Below, one piece after another: positions 1 through 14,069 of a DNA stretch of 64,000 nt. The position numbers and the translations under genes are program-made. Below the pieces are notes generated by a model. It saw nothing but the letters and a program-made list of their open reading frames with translations, was not told the DNA's origin and did no database searches. Source of the stretch: Adineta vaga (lineage: Eukaryota > Animalia > Rotifera). Position 1 is the stretch's first letter, and each line of letters opens with the position of its first letter. The DNA is taken from the NCBI GenBank assembly GCA_021613535.1, contig CP075493.1, positions 3,720,001-3,784,000 on the forward strand, given 5' to 3'.

Positions 1-778
1 AATCGTACAACATTTACAACATTTCAATTACATGAACTTGAACGAGCTTTTGAAAAATCTCGTAAGTCATATAAAATTTAAATAGGATTTAACTGATTTC
101 TGTTCTTTTTCGTTCCAGATTATCCTGATGTATACAATCGAGAAGAATTAGCAGTTAAGATTAGTTTACCTGAAGTTCGAGTGCAAGTTTGGTAAGTTAA
201 TAGTGTTGGTTTTTTTCAACTTGATATATTTTTAATCGTTTGATTTTGATATTAGGTTTCAAAATCGTCGGGCAAAATGGCGTCGACAAGAAAAGGCTGA
301 AGCAACTACATTGAAAATCAATCCCGATTTTCCTATGTCAAGTTTTCCACCAACATCCAAAAATAATACAATGGCTTCTTCATCATCACCATCATGTTCA
401 TCAACAATACCAATTGATCCGTGGCTTGTAAATCCATTTTCACCATCGAATTCATCTTTTGGTACAAATACAAATGGCTCCAATAATCCTGGTCATATTC
501 CTTTTTTTTCAACAAATTGTAATGTATCCTCACTTTATTCATCATCAACATATCCCACACCACCACTTCATCATCATCATCATCATCCGTATGGCTCATT
601 TTCTACAGATACGAATGATATTTCAAATGAAACAAACAACAACAACAATAATAATAATAATAATAATAATACTACTTCAATTGCTCATTTACGTATCAAA
701 GCCAAAGAATATATGAATGCTATTATTGGTACAACAAATACTACGAAAAATCATCTTGTATGGCCTCAGGGTGTATAA
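1..778 (+). CDS. rx: Retinal homeobox (Rx/Rax) PRD-class homeodomain protein with C-terminal OAR motif; 5' end lies outside the window
   Basis: Exons 1-61, 119-191 and 256-778 give [58 protein letters not shown], nearly identical to the Rx homeodomain (Q50). C-terminal [13 protein letters not shown] matches the OAR motif. GT-AG introns at 62-118 and 192-255. Confidence 0.93.
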
Positions 779-2090
779 AAACATGACGTTATCTCTTTTC
801 TTTCGAAATTATGTGTATTCAGAGAGAATTTTCTTTTCTTTTGTGCTGCTAAGATTTGTTTTTCTTTTTCTATTCACAAAATATAATTCATTGAATTAGC
901 TAAGTACCTAAATCATGTTCCTCTTTCTGTATAGGGTTATTACTTTGTTTCTTTAGCACTGAAAAGAAAAAAAGTAAGTTGACATTGTAATATAATTGCT
1001 GACAGACATCGCCATCATTCCCTTCTTTTACTTATTCTTTCTCGTCTCTATTAATTCATTGTGAATATAATGACGATCAATTTTATGTATTGCAAGCAGT
1101 TAAATGCACGCGACGAGATTAATAGAAAGGTAAGAGACCGACCGGGTAAAGAAAAAAAAAAGAAAACGAAGTAACGAAAACTCAAATATTATTACTTCAA
1201 TTAACGTCACGCTATGTCAATTGTTTAGATGAAGATTCACCTTTTTTTCTCCTCCCCATATAACATAATTAATTTTCTGCTCGAATGGACTGATGTGTGT
1301 TGATTACTTCATCATCATCACACCATACAAAGATGATAATTGATTTCGACTATACAATTGATTTCTTATCAAGAAAAATATTTCAAGACATTACCTTTTG
1401 TCACACAATGATAATGATGATAGACCCTACGGCAATAGAGAGAGAAGAAGAAAAAAAGAAAATTTCTCAAGAGATAATATCAAAAACAATAATGTCATTT
1501 GAATCGGAAACAACTTTGTCTATTTACATATATAATGAATCACAATTTCATTCAATTGTACGCATGTATTGTTGTATATTTACATATAATTATTATCATT
1601 AATTATATATTTAATTAATCGCATGATAATGTGTACCTAAAGACTTTGACAAACTTGTGAAGTGAAAAATATGTAATAAATGACGTAGTAATTGTGTAAA
1701 GATAGATTATTTATTATCCAATTCAGAATTAAGTATACAAAGTACCAGGTTTCAAGTTCTTTAATACTATTCTATCTATCATAGTTTTAACAAATCCTCA
1801 CAGACCTACGATTTGAAAATACTACAATTGATATGCAGATTAAATTATAATCCTAATTGATGTTATTTTATATATAACAACCTAAACATCGTTCTATTTC
1901 TTTGAGTTTACCCCGTTGTCTGTAGATTTTATCTGACCTAGATTATATATACTCAGTGAAATTTCTTATAAAATGTTGAATTGATATTAATAGAGAGAAT
2001 ATGTTATTCTTAGTAGAATCAAATGATATCAATTGATCTGTCAATCTAAAGAATGATCGTGAGATAAATATATGGCCAAAATCATTTTAA

Positions 2091-2361
2091 TAGTGACGTG
2101 ACGTCAAAGAAATGTTTACAAAAGTAACCAGTCTATTTTGTAGACCTTTAACTCAGGCTATCGAACCCATAGTGAGGTTGTTTTTCAACATTTCTAGATT
2201 TTTCAGGAAGCCTGATTTGTTTTACGTTAGTGACGTGACAAAGTACGGCTGTACAGCGGAAAATTTTATCAGAGATGTGTCTTGTATTGAACAGTCATTC
2301 CTGAAATTTTTATGTATTTTTTCTCATATGGTTCTCGAGATATTCACTAATTAGCTAATTC
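2091..2361. repeat. Possible degenerate MITE-like or non-autonomous DNA element fragment
   Basis: 12-bp direct repeat TAGTGACGTGAC at 2091 and 2228, an internal inverted pair TTTCAGGAA/TTCCTGAAA, a TTCTCGAGATATT segment of the kind seen in invertebrate MITEs, and the palindrome AATTAGCTAATT. No clear TIRs or TSD. Confidence 0.3.
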
Positions 2362-3332
2362 ATTTTTATTAATACTCAGTCAGAAGAGCAAACATTTTCA
2401 CATACATCTATATCAAAATAAAGTTTTTGAATAAAATGCTCGTGTAATGATTTCAACAGAAATAACAGAGGTGAATGTCCTGTTTCGCGTGATTTTGCCC
2501 ATATTCAAGCAGGAGACGAAGTCGATTGAGAATGTACGATTTCATTATCAAATTACTTGTGTATAATTACAAGAGAATCTATAATCCATAAAAAAATCTT
2601 AGCAATATACTTAATAGAAAACTGAAAACATTTTCGTCGAAGCGCTTATATCTAAAAACAAACAACGCAATGATCGATTCTTCATTACTTTCAAAATATT
2701 AGTATCTTCCAACTATGAATATAGATAGTCTAAATCTAAACTAAACAATTCTTGATATTCGTTTGCGTTATTAGAATTAATTATTTTTCTAGTTGTCTTA
2801 TTAACATAAGACCGTATTAGTTTCCAAACAATTGTTTTATTAGTATATAAAATCAATATCTACTAGTCGAACTGTAAGGTAGCGACCTCTTTCATTGAAT
2901 CACGTTGACTTAGTTTTCATTGATATACGCATATAGTTTTTTTTCTGTTTCTTTGTTCGCTCCTTTCTATTCGACGAAATAAAACCCGTTGTTGTTTTTT
3001 TTTCGATTATTACTAATAAACTATGGAATCTTAATAGATTTTTCTTTCTCCTTTATTAATAAATATATAATAAGTGTCAAGCAAAACAAAACAAAGAGTA
3101 AAAACGAAACTCTATGTTATGAATTTATTTGACACACACGCAATGTATAGAGAAAAAAAATGATTTTCTTTTTCATCAAAAAAAGAAATTATTTCTGAGA
3201 GAAATAAATCGAATTGATTTAATCGTGTTGTTTTGTTTATTTTCTACATATTTATATAATTATTTAAGATATAATTTTACGACGTTCGATTATAATTAAA
3301 TATTTTGTTTTGTTTTTAAATTCAAACGAAAA

Positions 3333-5975
3333 ATGACATCAACAACTGTTGCTCAGCATACTTCACAACCATTAAATTTTGGACCTGAATGGTATGTTAA
3401 TGCATTTATTTATTGAAGTTTCTATTTTATATTTTTAATTATACTAATAGGCTTCGAGCACTATCAACACCTGATTCGGCGACGTCAGTGCCAACGTCAG
3501 GTGGTAGTACAACTGGAAATATTTTTAAGTTTTCAGCAACAAAATATCGTTATTCCAAAGATGAAATTTTAGCCTTACGTGCTAATATGGCTGAATGTTT
3601 AACAGAAGCGACACAAAATGAAATCTTGGCTAATTTGAAAGATGTTGAAAGTGTCTTTCGACCAGATATAATGGAACCATTAGCTTTAACGGCACCTACA
3701 GCCGAAGAAACTGTAAGACAAAAAAAACGTTTTTTTTGAAATATTCGATGAACGATGAAATTTAATATGATTTTTTAAATTAGATTAAAATGAATGCTTT
3801 ATCAAGTTACATATCAGGTCGAACACCCGGTGGTGCAGGTCGTGCTGGAAATAGTAGTCAACAGTCACAACAAGATGCTCGAAATAATCGTGGTGGTAGT
3901 TCATTGTCGAATGGACGTGGTGGTTCACGAGGTAGAGGTGGACGTGATAATACTTATGGATCAAATCGTGGCAATAGCAATAATAATAATTCAGATGATA
4001 ATGGTGAGAATGGTAATACTAATGAAGAAACATCTACATCATCATGGTCTCGTACTAATTATAATTCACGAGGTGGATCATTTGGAAATCGTGTACGATC
4101 TTATGATGACCGGTAAATAGATTCGATATGTTATCAAATTGAACTGAATTCTTTCGTTTATTAACCCATCTAGCGATCAATCTCATACATTTCGTCGTGG
4201 TAGTACTAATGGTTCACGACAATCATCGGATGGTTGGCGTCGATCAAGAGGTGATGATGATGATAATAATGAACAAAGTGAAGATTCACCAACAACAACA
4301 AATGGTTCAACGTCATGGACGTCTCGTGGTGGACAAGCGAGACGAGGTGGTGGTAGTACTAGTTCAATGGAACAACGAACGAAATTCAGTGAAAAATGGA
4401 GTCTTAATGATGATCGACCAGGTGAGAACGAAAGAATGATATCTTTCTGTTGCTTATTTATATATTTGGTTTTTTTTTCTTAAGGCCCATCGAGTAGTTA
4501 TGAATCTAATCAACAACGTGGTGGTGGTGGTGGTGGTGGATGGCGAACAAATTCATCAACATCTGAACGTGATTTTAATTCACATCGTCCTCCAATGAAA
4601 CGCGATCGTAAGCAACACCATTTATGCTAACACTATCTATTGTATATTTTTGTATAGGTATGCCGGAATGGATGGACGATAATAATGATGATGATGAAGA
4701 TAATCATATAAGTAATGCAACATTTGAACAAGATGGAACATTTACTAGATCGTCTGCAGCTCGACAGAATAGTAGTAATGAACAGCTAAAAATAGAACCA
4801 CAAACAACATCTAGTGAATCCACAGTGCCAACTAATAACACTGTAAATCTTAGTTTTAATAATAATGATATTTGTATTCTTTTTAATTTTCTTTGATTCA
4901 AGGTATCGATACGAAAAGAGGAAGAGATCAAACCAGAAAAATCAACATCACAATCTGATATAGCTCCTGTTAATGTTCCAACTGCTCCTGAACCTATTGG
5001 TTAGTTCATATGTCTATTCAATTTATTAGTATCTATCGTTTATTTTTTGTTTGATATTATGTAGTGTCCAAACCCACACCTCCGGTACAACAACAATCGA
5101 TTCCAACATGGGATGATGATTTTGATCATAGTGATTTAGCGACGACTGTAGTCGAAGCAACTCTTGCAGAGGTACGTTTATCAATCGAGAAAATCTATGC
5201 AATATGTCATGATCTCTCGGAAACAGAAGACTTCATTGAACTCATTATTCTATTTTTACTTCTAGGATCATGATTATTCACCTCCAGTTTCTGCTCATGC
5301 AAAATCTCGTCTTATTTCCATGGAACCAACTGCATCTATCATTCCACAACAACGAGCACCAGTGATTATTGATGATAAACAATGGTTTTATAAAGATCCA
5401 CAAAATACAGTTCAAGGACCGTTTTCATCAGCTGACATGGAACGTTGGTATGCTGCAGGATATTTTACGACTCTTTTACCTGTGAAACGTTTGGGTGAAA
5501 CTCAATTTTCAACTATTCAACAATTGACAAATGAACTAGGTCGTTTACCTTTTCGTACTGATGCTCCATCACTTCCAACAACGCCTGTACAAAAGCAACA
5601 GCAATCAATGATGTCTGATTCCCAAAAATTCAATCCGATGGCATATTCAACGTCATCTTCATCATCAAATAATGCTTTTCTAGAAGATTATTTAATGCAA
5701 CAACAGTCGAGACAAAATGCACAACAATCATTATTATTCAACAGGTAATTTTTGCATATCAAAATAAAGTATAGACTTATATGATTTGTCTCAACGAGAG
5801 AACAATAAAAACTCTTCAGTCATATATTACTCTAATCAAAAACAATTCTATAAATAATATAAATAAAATTTTTCTATACATAGACAAACTTCAATGCCAT
5901 TGCCAGCAAATGAACGAAAACCAATGTCATCTCCTTCGAGTATCTCATCTCAATTACAAACCTATTTTAATTCTC

Positions 5976-6006
<31 letters not shown>

Positions 6007-9000
6007 GGCACAACAGCAATCATCATCTTTGTTTTCAAATCTGGCCAGTGATCCTGCAATACTTTATCAACAACAATTACAACGAAGTATGTCGACAACA
6101 ACAAATTCTCAACAATCAAATTCAACTTTATTCGATGACATGCAACGTTCATTTCGTCAACCTTCATCGTCAGCATCAGCAACATCTAATTCAACATTTT
6201 TTCCTTCGAATTTATCTGCTTCCCAACAATCATCAAATGATTTAATGGCCCGTCTAACACAAGCCATGCAATCACGTGATAAACAACAACAACAACAAGA
6301 CAAACTTGAAGAACAACGAAGACGAGATTTAGAATTTGAACGAATGAAAATCTACAAACAAGTACGTTTACAACGTGAAGAAGAAGAAAGACGTAAAATA
6401 CAAGAAGTTAATGCTAATCGACAAATTAATTTTGATCAATTAACAAAAAGCATGGAAAATAAAAACCAATCAGTATTGGATTTCGAACAGATGTTAGCAC
6501 ATCAACAATCATTACAATATCAAAAAGAACAACGAGCTAAAATCGAAGCACAACAGTAATGAAATCATTTATTCAATAGATATTAGAATCATTCTTGACC
6601 CTATTTAGAGCGGAAAATATTCGTCGATATCAACAGTTTTATCAAGAACAAGGACCACCACCACCACCACCACAACAACAACAACAACAGCAACAACCAA
6701 TGTATAAAGTAACAGAAACAACGAGTTGGTCTCGAAATCCATCACAAAATAATGATTCAACACAATTATTAAATTTTGCTGAAATTCAAAAGCAAGAACA
6801 GGAACAAGAACGGCGCTCACGAGATGCAGCTGCTTTCACTCAGCAATACGTATGTTTAAGAAGCAGATAGAATTCAAGATATGAGAAAATCATTTTCGAT
6901 CTTTTGAAAGATTGATATACTAAAGAATAGTATTCAGATTAAACAGGATGGTCATGACTTAACATTTGAGTAGATCAAACCGAATAATTCTGCGATTTGA
7001 TTTATAATCCAAATTCGCGCTGCATAAAAATCACAAGTTAATCTATTATTCAAAACGTTTCATTCTAAAGAATAGTTCTGTTTTTCAATGTTCTTTGAAG
7101 ATATTGTTAATTGATTGAGTCTATATTTATAATCTCTTCCTAATAAATTTCTGTTTAACTAGGCTAAATCTCAGATTTTACCTATTCCAAATTCCTCTTC
7201 ACCGTCATCACCATCGACGAATAAACCGAATTCATGGGCTCGAACATTATTTGCTGGTAGCAATAATGGTAATAGTAATAACCCATCAACATCAAGTCAT
7301 GTAATGTCTGATCATGATACCAATGAGAATCCATTAACTGAATCAGCAGCAGCAGCAGCAGTAGCATCGTATAATCAACAGGCAACAAATGCGGTACTTT
7401 CCCTTTTAAATATTCATGTATGTTGTGCTGTGATTAATGCATGTTTGATATCTCTAATCCATTAATCGTTAATTATTGTTACACAGTCATTCCTTCTTGT
7501 TTGTTTTTTTCAACTTCGTTAAATATATCGATTCTATTCTTTTATAGCCGAAATCTCGATCAATTACTAATCAACAACAATCGACACCATGGAATGGTAC
7601 AAATAGTATGTCAAATCCTTCACTTCAAGATATTCAACGACAACAAACACAGGTACGATGAATATCTTTGAATATAGTACTTTTAAATTTATATTTGAAT
7701 TGATTTTTAGAATGATTTACGACAACAACAGTCACATCATATCACATCTGGTCATTCATCAAGCTCAACACCTGTTTGGAGTGGAAATTTCCCCCAAACT
7801 ACTGTTTCACAACAGTCATCAGCATTTTTATGGGACAATCAACATTCATCAACATCATCGAACAAATCGAACAATAAATCTTCGTATGTATCAACTATTC
7901 TGTAGAATATTGAACTTATAAATACAACGGATGTGTTTTTTCTATTGATATGATTCAATATAGAAGATATTGAATACAAATAAACTCTTTCTTGATTGAT
8001 TTGTATAAATAAAATAAGCGAATCATTGAATCGCATTTAACTAGATAATACTTGATTCATATATTATTAACAATAGAAAAACATTTAATTCTACTATCAA
8101 AAGATATTTTATGTTGATTACAATACAAGTATCATCATTCGCAGAATAACAATCTGACACGAACAAAAGAAGACATTGTTTTGAGTTTGACGTTCATTGA
8201 TCATAGAGTTACATGCGTTACAATAAGACGACACCTTACTAAAATCGAGATAATATGAGAAAACAAACTCGATCAAGTTCAAGCAATTAGTAGAATTACA
8301 TATTATAATTCAGATCAACGACAGAAGATTCATAGATGAACGAATGTTGAATATCTCGTAAGTCGATATTAGAACTAAGCATAGCTCGCGAATGTTGAAG
8401 CAAGAGCCTTCTGAAAATGTATAACATTATAGATGAATCTTACATTGTATTTCTATTACGTTCAAATAACTCATCCTAAGGTTAGTAACTTCTCCCATCC
8501 TAAAAATTCGATGTTCTTTTTCAGATTATATCGATGAATACATATTTATTTTTTCTATTTCAATTGGATCTAGAACTCCATGGACTGAATTAAAACCTAC
8601 ATCATCAATGACAATGACATCGGGAAGAGTAAATGCAACAAATGAGGATCTGACAAAAAATGAACGTGAAGCAAAACGTTTATTTACAACAACACGTACA
8701 CAAGATGCTCTATCCAAATGGACACAAGTACAATTTAAAGATAATTTAAAAGATGTTGATGGTAGAGAAAACCAAACATGTAATTCTATTTACTATCATT
8801 TGTTTATTTCAGTACCAACTCTTGTTCAATTCTTAAAAGATATTGATAATGCTGGTGATATTATGGAATATGTACAACCATATATTGGCTCAGTTAGTAA
8901 AGCTAAAGAATTTGCTAGTGATTTTCTGATTAAACGTAATCAATTAGCTAATGCTGAGGTTAATTGTTCAATTCTATTTTAGAATCATCTTTATTTCTGT

Positions 9001-9244
9001 GTTTGTTTGTTTTTTGTAGCCTGGTTTAGATAATGAACGTTTAAATGAATTAGCAATGGCACCGACATCTTCGAATGATAATAGTGGTAGTGGCGGCGAT
9101 GAAGGTTTTCAATTAGCATCAAGTAATGGACAAAAGAAGAAGGCAAAAAAAATGAAAGGCCAAAAAATTGATGGTAAACAACTTGGTTTCATGATCAACA
9201 ATCGACCAGAACAACGCGATGATATTGATAAAGTACTCATGTAG
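3333..9244 (+). CDS. GIGYF: GRB10-interacting GYF protein (GIGYF1/2 family), multi-exon
   Basis: N-terminal LNFGPEW|LRALS; 4EHP-binding YRYSKDEILAL (YxYxxxxL-phi); MPEWMDD (DDX6/Me31B-binding-type motif); GYF domain WFYKDPQNTVQGPFSSADMERWYAAGYF at about 5380-5470; Q-rich coiled coil; basic C-terminus KKKAKKMKGQKIDGKQLGF. Confidence 0.95.
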
Positions 9245-9673
9245 AAATATTTGAAAATTCTTCTTCTTTCGTTTTCGCCATGTATATATATATATAAATA
9301 TCTATTCGAACGGTTTTATCTCTCTTGTCATTTCCGTAATGTACGGTTGTTTTTTATTCATTGATAAGACGTACGTATATTTATGAACTTTTTAAAAGTA
9401 TATACAGTTTTTTTTCTTCTTTTCTTGATCATCGTCATTGATACATCCATGTTCATTGAGTCATTTTTCTTTTGTTCGTTGTCTGATGTTGTTAGTTTTT
9501 CTTCTATTCGATTGTAACTTATTCAAAACTAAAAAAAAAAGGAACCCGAATATTTGGACAGATAAAGAGAGATAAAATAAAAAAAAGTGAATAAACTTTC
9601 TTCTTAGTTTTTTCCCTCTATTCTTGGCAAAAATCTTTCTAGGTAAGTTAATGAAATATATAAGTTTTAGATT

Positions 9674-10238
9674 ATGGCGGATTTGGATGATGAACGACTT
9701 TTACAAGATCCTATTTTGGTGCGTGTAGATTGAAAATAATTCTTTACAGATTAGAAATAGAGATTGAATTATTGTCAATTTGAAACTTTTCATTTTATTC
9801 AGAGATTAAAAGCAACTCTTCATGCTGCATGCGGTAAAATTTGTGAACAATTACAAACACAATCGAACGTAACAGTAGATAAACAAGTTGTTGCAGCTAT
9901 AGGTGATATTACATTCGAACAAATTGGTACATTTTGTCAAGATCTTGATGCATTTGCAAAGTAGAATGATTTCTTTGTTGGTTTTATGATTCGAAAAAAT
10001 TTATCTATGTAGACATGGAAAACGATCAACAATCAATGCAGATGACGTTCGTTTACTTTGTCGTCGTAATCCAAATCTTCTCGATAAAATCGATGATGTT
10101 CAACGTACATTAAAACCATCGAAATCAACTAATCGAACAACAACTACAAGTCGAAATCATGCTTCATCTCGATATGATGATCATAATGTTGATATAACTG
10201 TTGTCGAATCATCATCAGATATGGATGATATTAACTGA
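9674..10238 (+). CDS. CENPS: Centromere protein S / MHF1 (histone fold), 3 exons
   Basis: Spliced product MADLDDERLLQDPIL|RLKATLHAACGKICEQ...FCQDLDAFAK|HGKRSTINADDVRLLCRRNP contains the CENP-S signature DLxxFAKHxKRSTIxxxDV. Confidence 0.92.
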
Positions 10239-13200
10239 CAGATTCATGTTCAATTTCGACCTTCAATAAACTCAAAAAGAAAACAATCATGTAACATATA
10301 TTGTCTTTATGATTGATATCAAAGGTTCTTCTTTTTTTAAATAAACATTCAGATAATCAATTCTATTATTGATAAGAATATCTCATGATGAACATAAGCC
10401 TATTATTTGATAGTCAATCGACCGAAAAAAGTATCCATTAATCATCATAGATATTGTTACAAAGCATCAAATTCATCTTATCAATCTTTGATTATATAAT
10501 AATGAAAGCTATTCTCCAGACTATATCCAAATCTTTTCTTTTTCATGATTTTGAAATATAAACTTATTATATAAATGACATCTAATCTTTTCTTCGAGCG
10601 TAAGAAGAATACGTTTTTTTTTCTGATTAAACTTATTATCAACTACATTTGATTAACAAAAAAAATCATTCATCTTAAAAATAGATAATATCTTACGTCA
10701 ATACTTCACACATCAACTCCTCAAGACTAATCTATTCTTTCAACTGCATCGATTAGTTTCTTTGTCTATAACATAGCTCAATCAAGAAACAAACTTTTCA
10801 TCAAGTCGAACTGAAGTATAATCAATTGAAATCATCACAAACGTCGAGAGCAATTACTAATGTTCTCTGTTTATTCTACAGTTTGTGTTCATTCACATAA
10901 GAAGCAAGAAAACAAATCTAATATCGAAAGAAAATAATCATATTAACGAACAAATTCAGCTATCCTTCGATACAATTATTTCTCATAATCGATAAAAGAT
11001 ACATATAGATAATAGTTACGTAAAAATAAATCAAACTAATCCATTTTGATGAAAATCATATATTAGACATACAGGAAATGAGACGTTCATTTTAAGTAAT
11101 ATGCCTACAAGCTATTTAATACATTCATCGACATTATTAAAAAAAATAGATGTGTACTCATTGCTAATGGCATTTGATGCAATGAACAGTTGTTCATTAC
11201 TTTGATCAAAACTTTTCTTCATCATCACAGACAGAAACACAATCGGTGCTGATAATCGACGATCGAAATCCCATGATATCATTATTCATTGTTCGATTTA
11301 GTTGAATGAAATCCAAGAGAGAATACATGAAAGAAAGCAACTGTTGAACAAAGATACAATTATAGTTCTTTTCAATAGTTTTAGTTAGACTAATTACGAG
11401 TTTGAATGAATGAATTTTCTTCATATGGATTCGTTCAAAATCAGTTTGGTTCAAGTTAAATTGATGAAGAAGAATTATGAAATAAGAATATAAAAAAATT
11501 TAAATCTTATACTTGACAATCAAGTGATTCTTCTTAGTCACATAAGTTGTCATCACTTTCAATAGAACATAAGAGAGACAGAGAGATTGTTTGAGTACTC
11601 TAACACATAAAACAGAGGATTAAATGAAAAGTTTCTTTTTTTTTCTTCCTTGCGTTCATCGATACCTGTCAGATGAAAAAAAAACTCGATTTATGACAAC
11701 ATTTCATCTTTCATTTTTCTTATTAATTTCAATCAACGAGTAATTCCCTTAATATCAACACGCAAAAAGTTATATCACTTCAATCGACTCACTAATCCTC
11801 TTCTCATTCGTTTGTTCGCCAGTCTGAATAACTTATACAGGTGAAAGACAGAACATGCGAGATTCTCTTTCATTAAGTTGACCATTAAGTAGACTCATTC
11901 ACGTGCTACACGAAAGAACAGGAAACACTAGACGTATATGTTGATGGATAGGAGGTGGTCGTCCATTAGAATGAGTAGCTCTCGGGGTCATTCAAGTGGG
12001 CACCACTAACACTACTTTTATTCTCTTACTCAATACTTAAGAGTCTAGCCATCATCATCATTTTTCTCTCTCTCCCTCTTCTTTTTTTTCACACATCAAC
12101 ATTCATTCTTTTCTTTTTCAATCATCTTAATCGTCACCTCCCATTTTTCGTTGATATACTTCATCGAACAAGAATAAAATCGAATTATACGATAAAATAC
12201 ACATGCTATCATATTGTATTTATCGAACAATGAAATGGATAGATCATCTTTCTTCTCCTCTTAAACGACAATCTTCAGTTTATACCTATATAAAAGAAAT
12301 ATTTGACCATTATCAAATCTTCTCCCTTTCACGCCTAATTATTGAGGTAAATGACGAGTTCAATTTCTATATAGAGATGAAATTAGTTAGGTAGAGAACA
12401 CATAAATGCAAAGAAACTTTTGATCATCAACGAAAATCTATGTATATATATATATACATGCATACATACATACATATATGTGATACACATTCATAGATCA
12501 AATGATAATATAATGTGATGTTCACGCCTATATCTAGATGTCATTTACACGATCTTCTCATTCATTCAACTTCTTCACCTTAGTCGACATTAGAAAAAGA
12601 AAATTTTGACATCGAAACTAACGAATATCATATGTACATCGAGAATATAATGTTCATTTATATATTAAGGTCAAAGTTACAACATATGTATGTATATATC
12701 AATGTAATGTTTTTAAATCATCATAGTTAAGATCCGATTACAGACATGAATGAATAGCTTGTTTTAATCATTTCAACTTTTAGACGAAATCAATTTTTTT
12801 TCTTGTCTTCTCGTTTTTCTTTTGTGATTGCGTATACACACATATACTCTCACGGGCTTCGTGCGTGCGTGAATGTTACTGCTCATTTTCTATTTTTTTG
12901 TACGATCGAACGTTCTCTGACCTCCTCTCATCTTTTTTTTCTTCTATATAAGAATTGTGTACACGCGCACGTCTCTGATTACATAACCTCGATCTTCTTG
13001 TGCTTCAGGCTACTGCTGTTTTTAACAGATGAAATGTCTAAATCTGACTGCTGAGTTCGACTCTATCGTCTTATCATCAAAAGTGTGTGTAGAGCTTCTT
13101 CGTTTGATTCAACATTTTCAATCATAAATAGTAAGAGAAGAATGATATGTCAGACAGACACCAACAGTGTGTCTAATTAGTCATGATATTTTCTCCATTT

Positions 13201-14069
13201 CTTTCTTACAAATGAATGGAATACAAGGTTTTCTTATTGTTCATTTCAAACTAAAGAGCATATCCTTGTCAATTCAACAATTCCCTTAAGAATTATTTCT
13301 GTTTCTATGATTATTTGTTGATAGTACGTTCTTTTTTTCTCTCCTCTCAAGACGTTTCTTCTTCCTTGTCGCGTACGACATGTCATTTTTAGTAGAAGTG
13401 TTAGTTCGTTTATATGAGTCTGTCGTTTCTCTATTGATCTTAACATGACGAGGAAGAAAAAGTATAAAAGAAGATAATTATTCAAGTGACGAATGTAAGT
13501 TAAATAGATGACGAACTATTTTCCCTATATTTGTATATACATATAAATTTAACGAAGAGTGATGACCTTGCTTCTTTTTCTTCAACTTCTCCTTCATCGT
13601 CGTCTTGTCTTCGTGTGAAGAAATAGAGGAAAACTCATGTTCATTTAACTACATCAAAGCTTTAGAATATACCTAAAACCATTTATATGTTTTGAACATG
13701 CACATCGCAGGATTGAAATCGAATTAATATATCGTTGAATAGACAAACATTCTTGAAACAAAAATGCTTTTCCTTTCCCATGTTCATTTTTTCCTAATTA
13801 TGCCATGTCTAAGGTATCTCATCATGTAATTGGTGACATGTTCATTCTCTTTTGTCGTGTGTCAAATTGAACAGCAACAGTTCATATATCCAGCTGTTGC
13901 AGAAAAGAAGAAAAAACTTTTTCATTCTTTTTCTCTCTCCTTTTCTCTTCTAGATCATTATTTTCCTCTCTCGCTCTCTCTCTCTCTCTCATTCTCTCTT
14001 CTTACTTTACCTTCATTTATATATATATATCGTATACATACATACAGACGCATTTAATACAATAATAAC

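Noticed and set aside
1297-1602. Short intergenic or antisense ORFs (for example 1297-1602, 11206-11454, 17157-17518, 48192-49197)
   Set aside because: F/L/I/K-rich translations typical of AT-rich non-coding DNA or shadows of real exons; no motifs or consistent splice structure.
12330-13800. CTAATT homeodomain-like sites upstream of Frizzled as possible Rx targets
   Set aside because: Short AT-rich motifs are expected by chance at this base composition.
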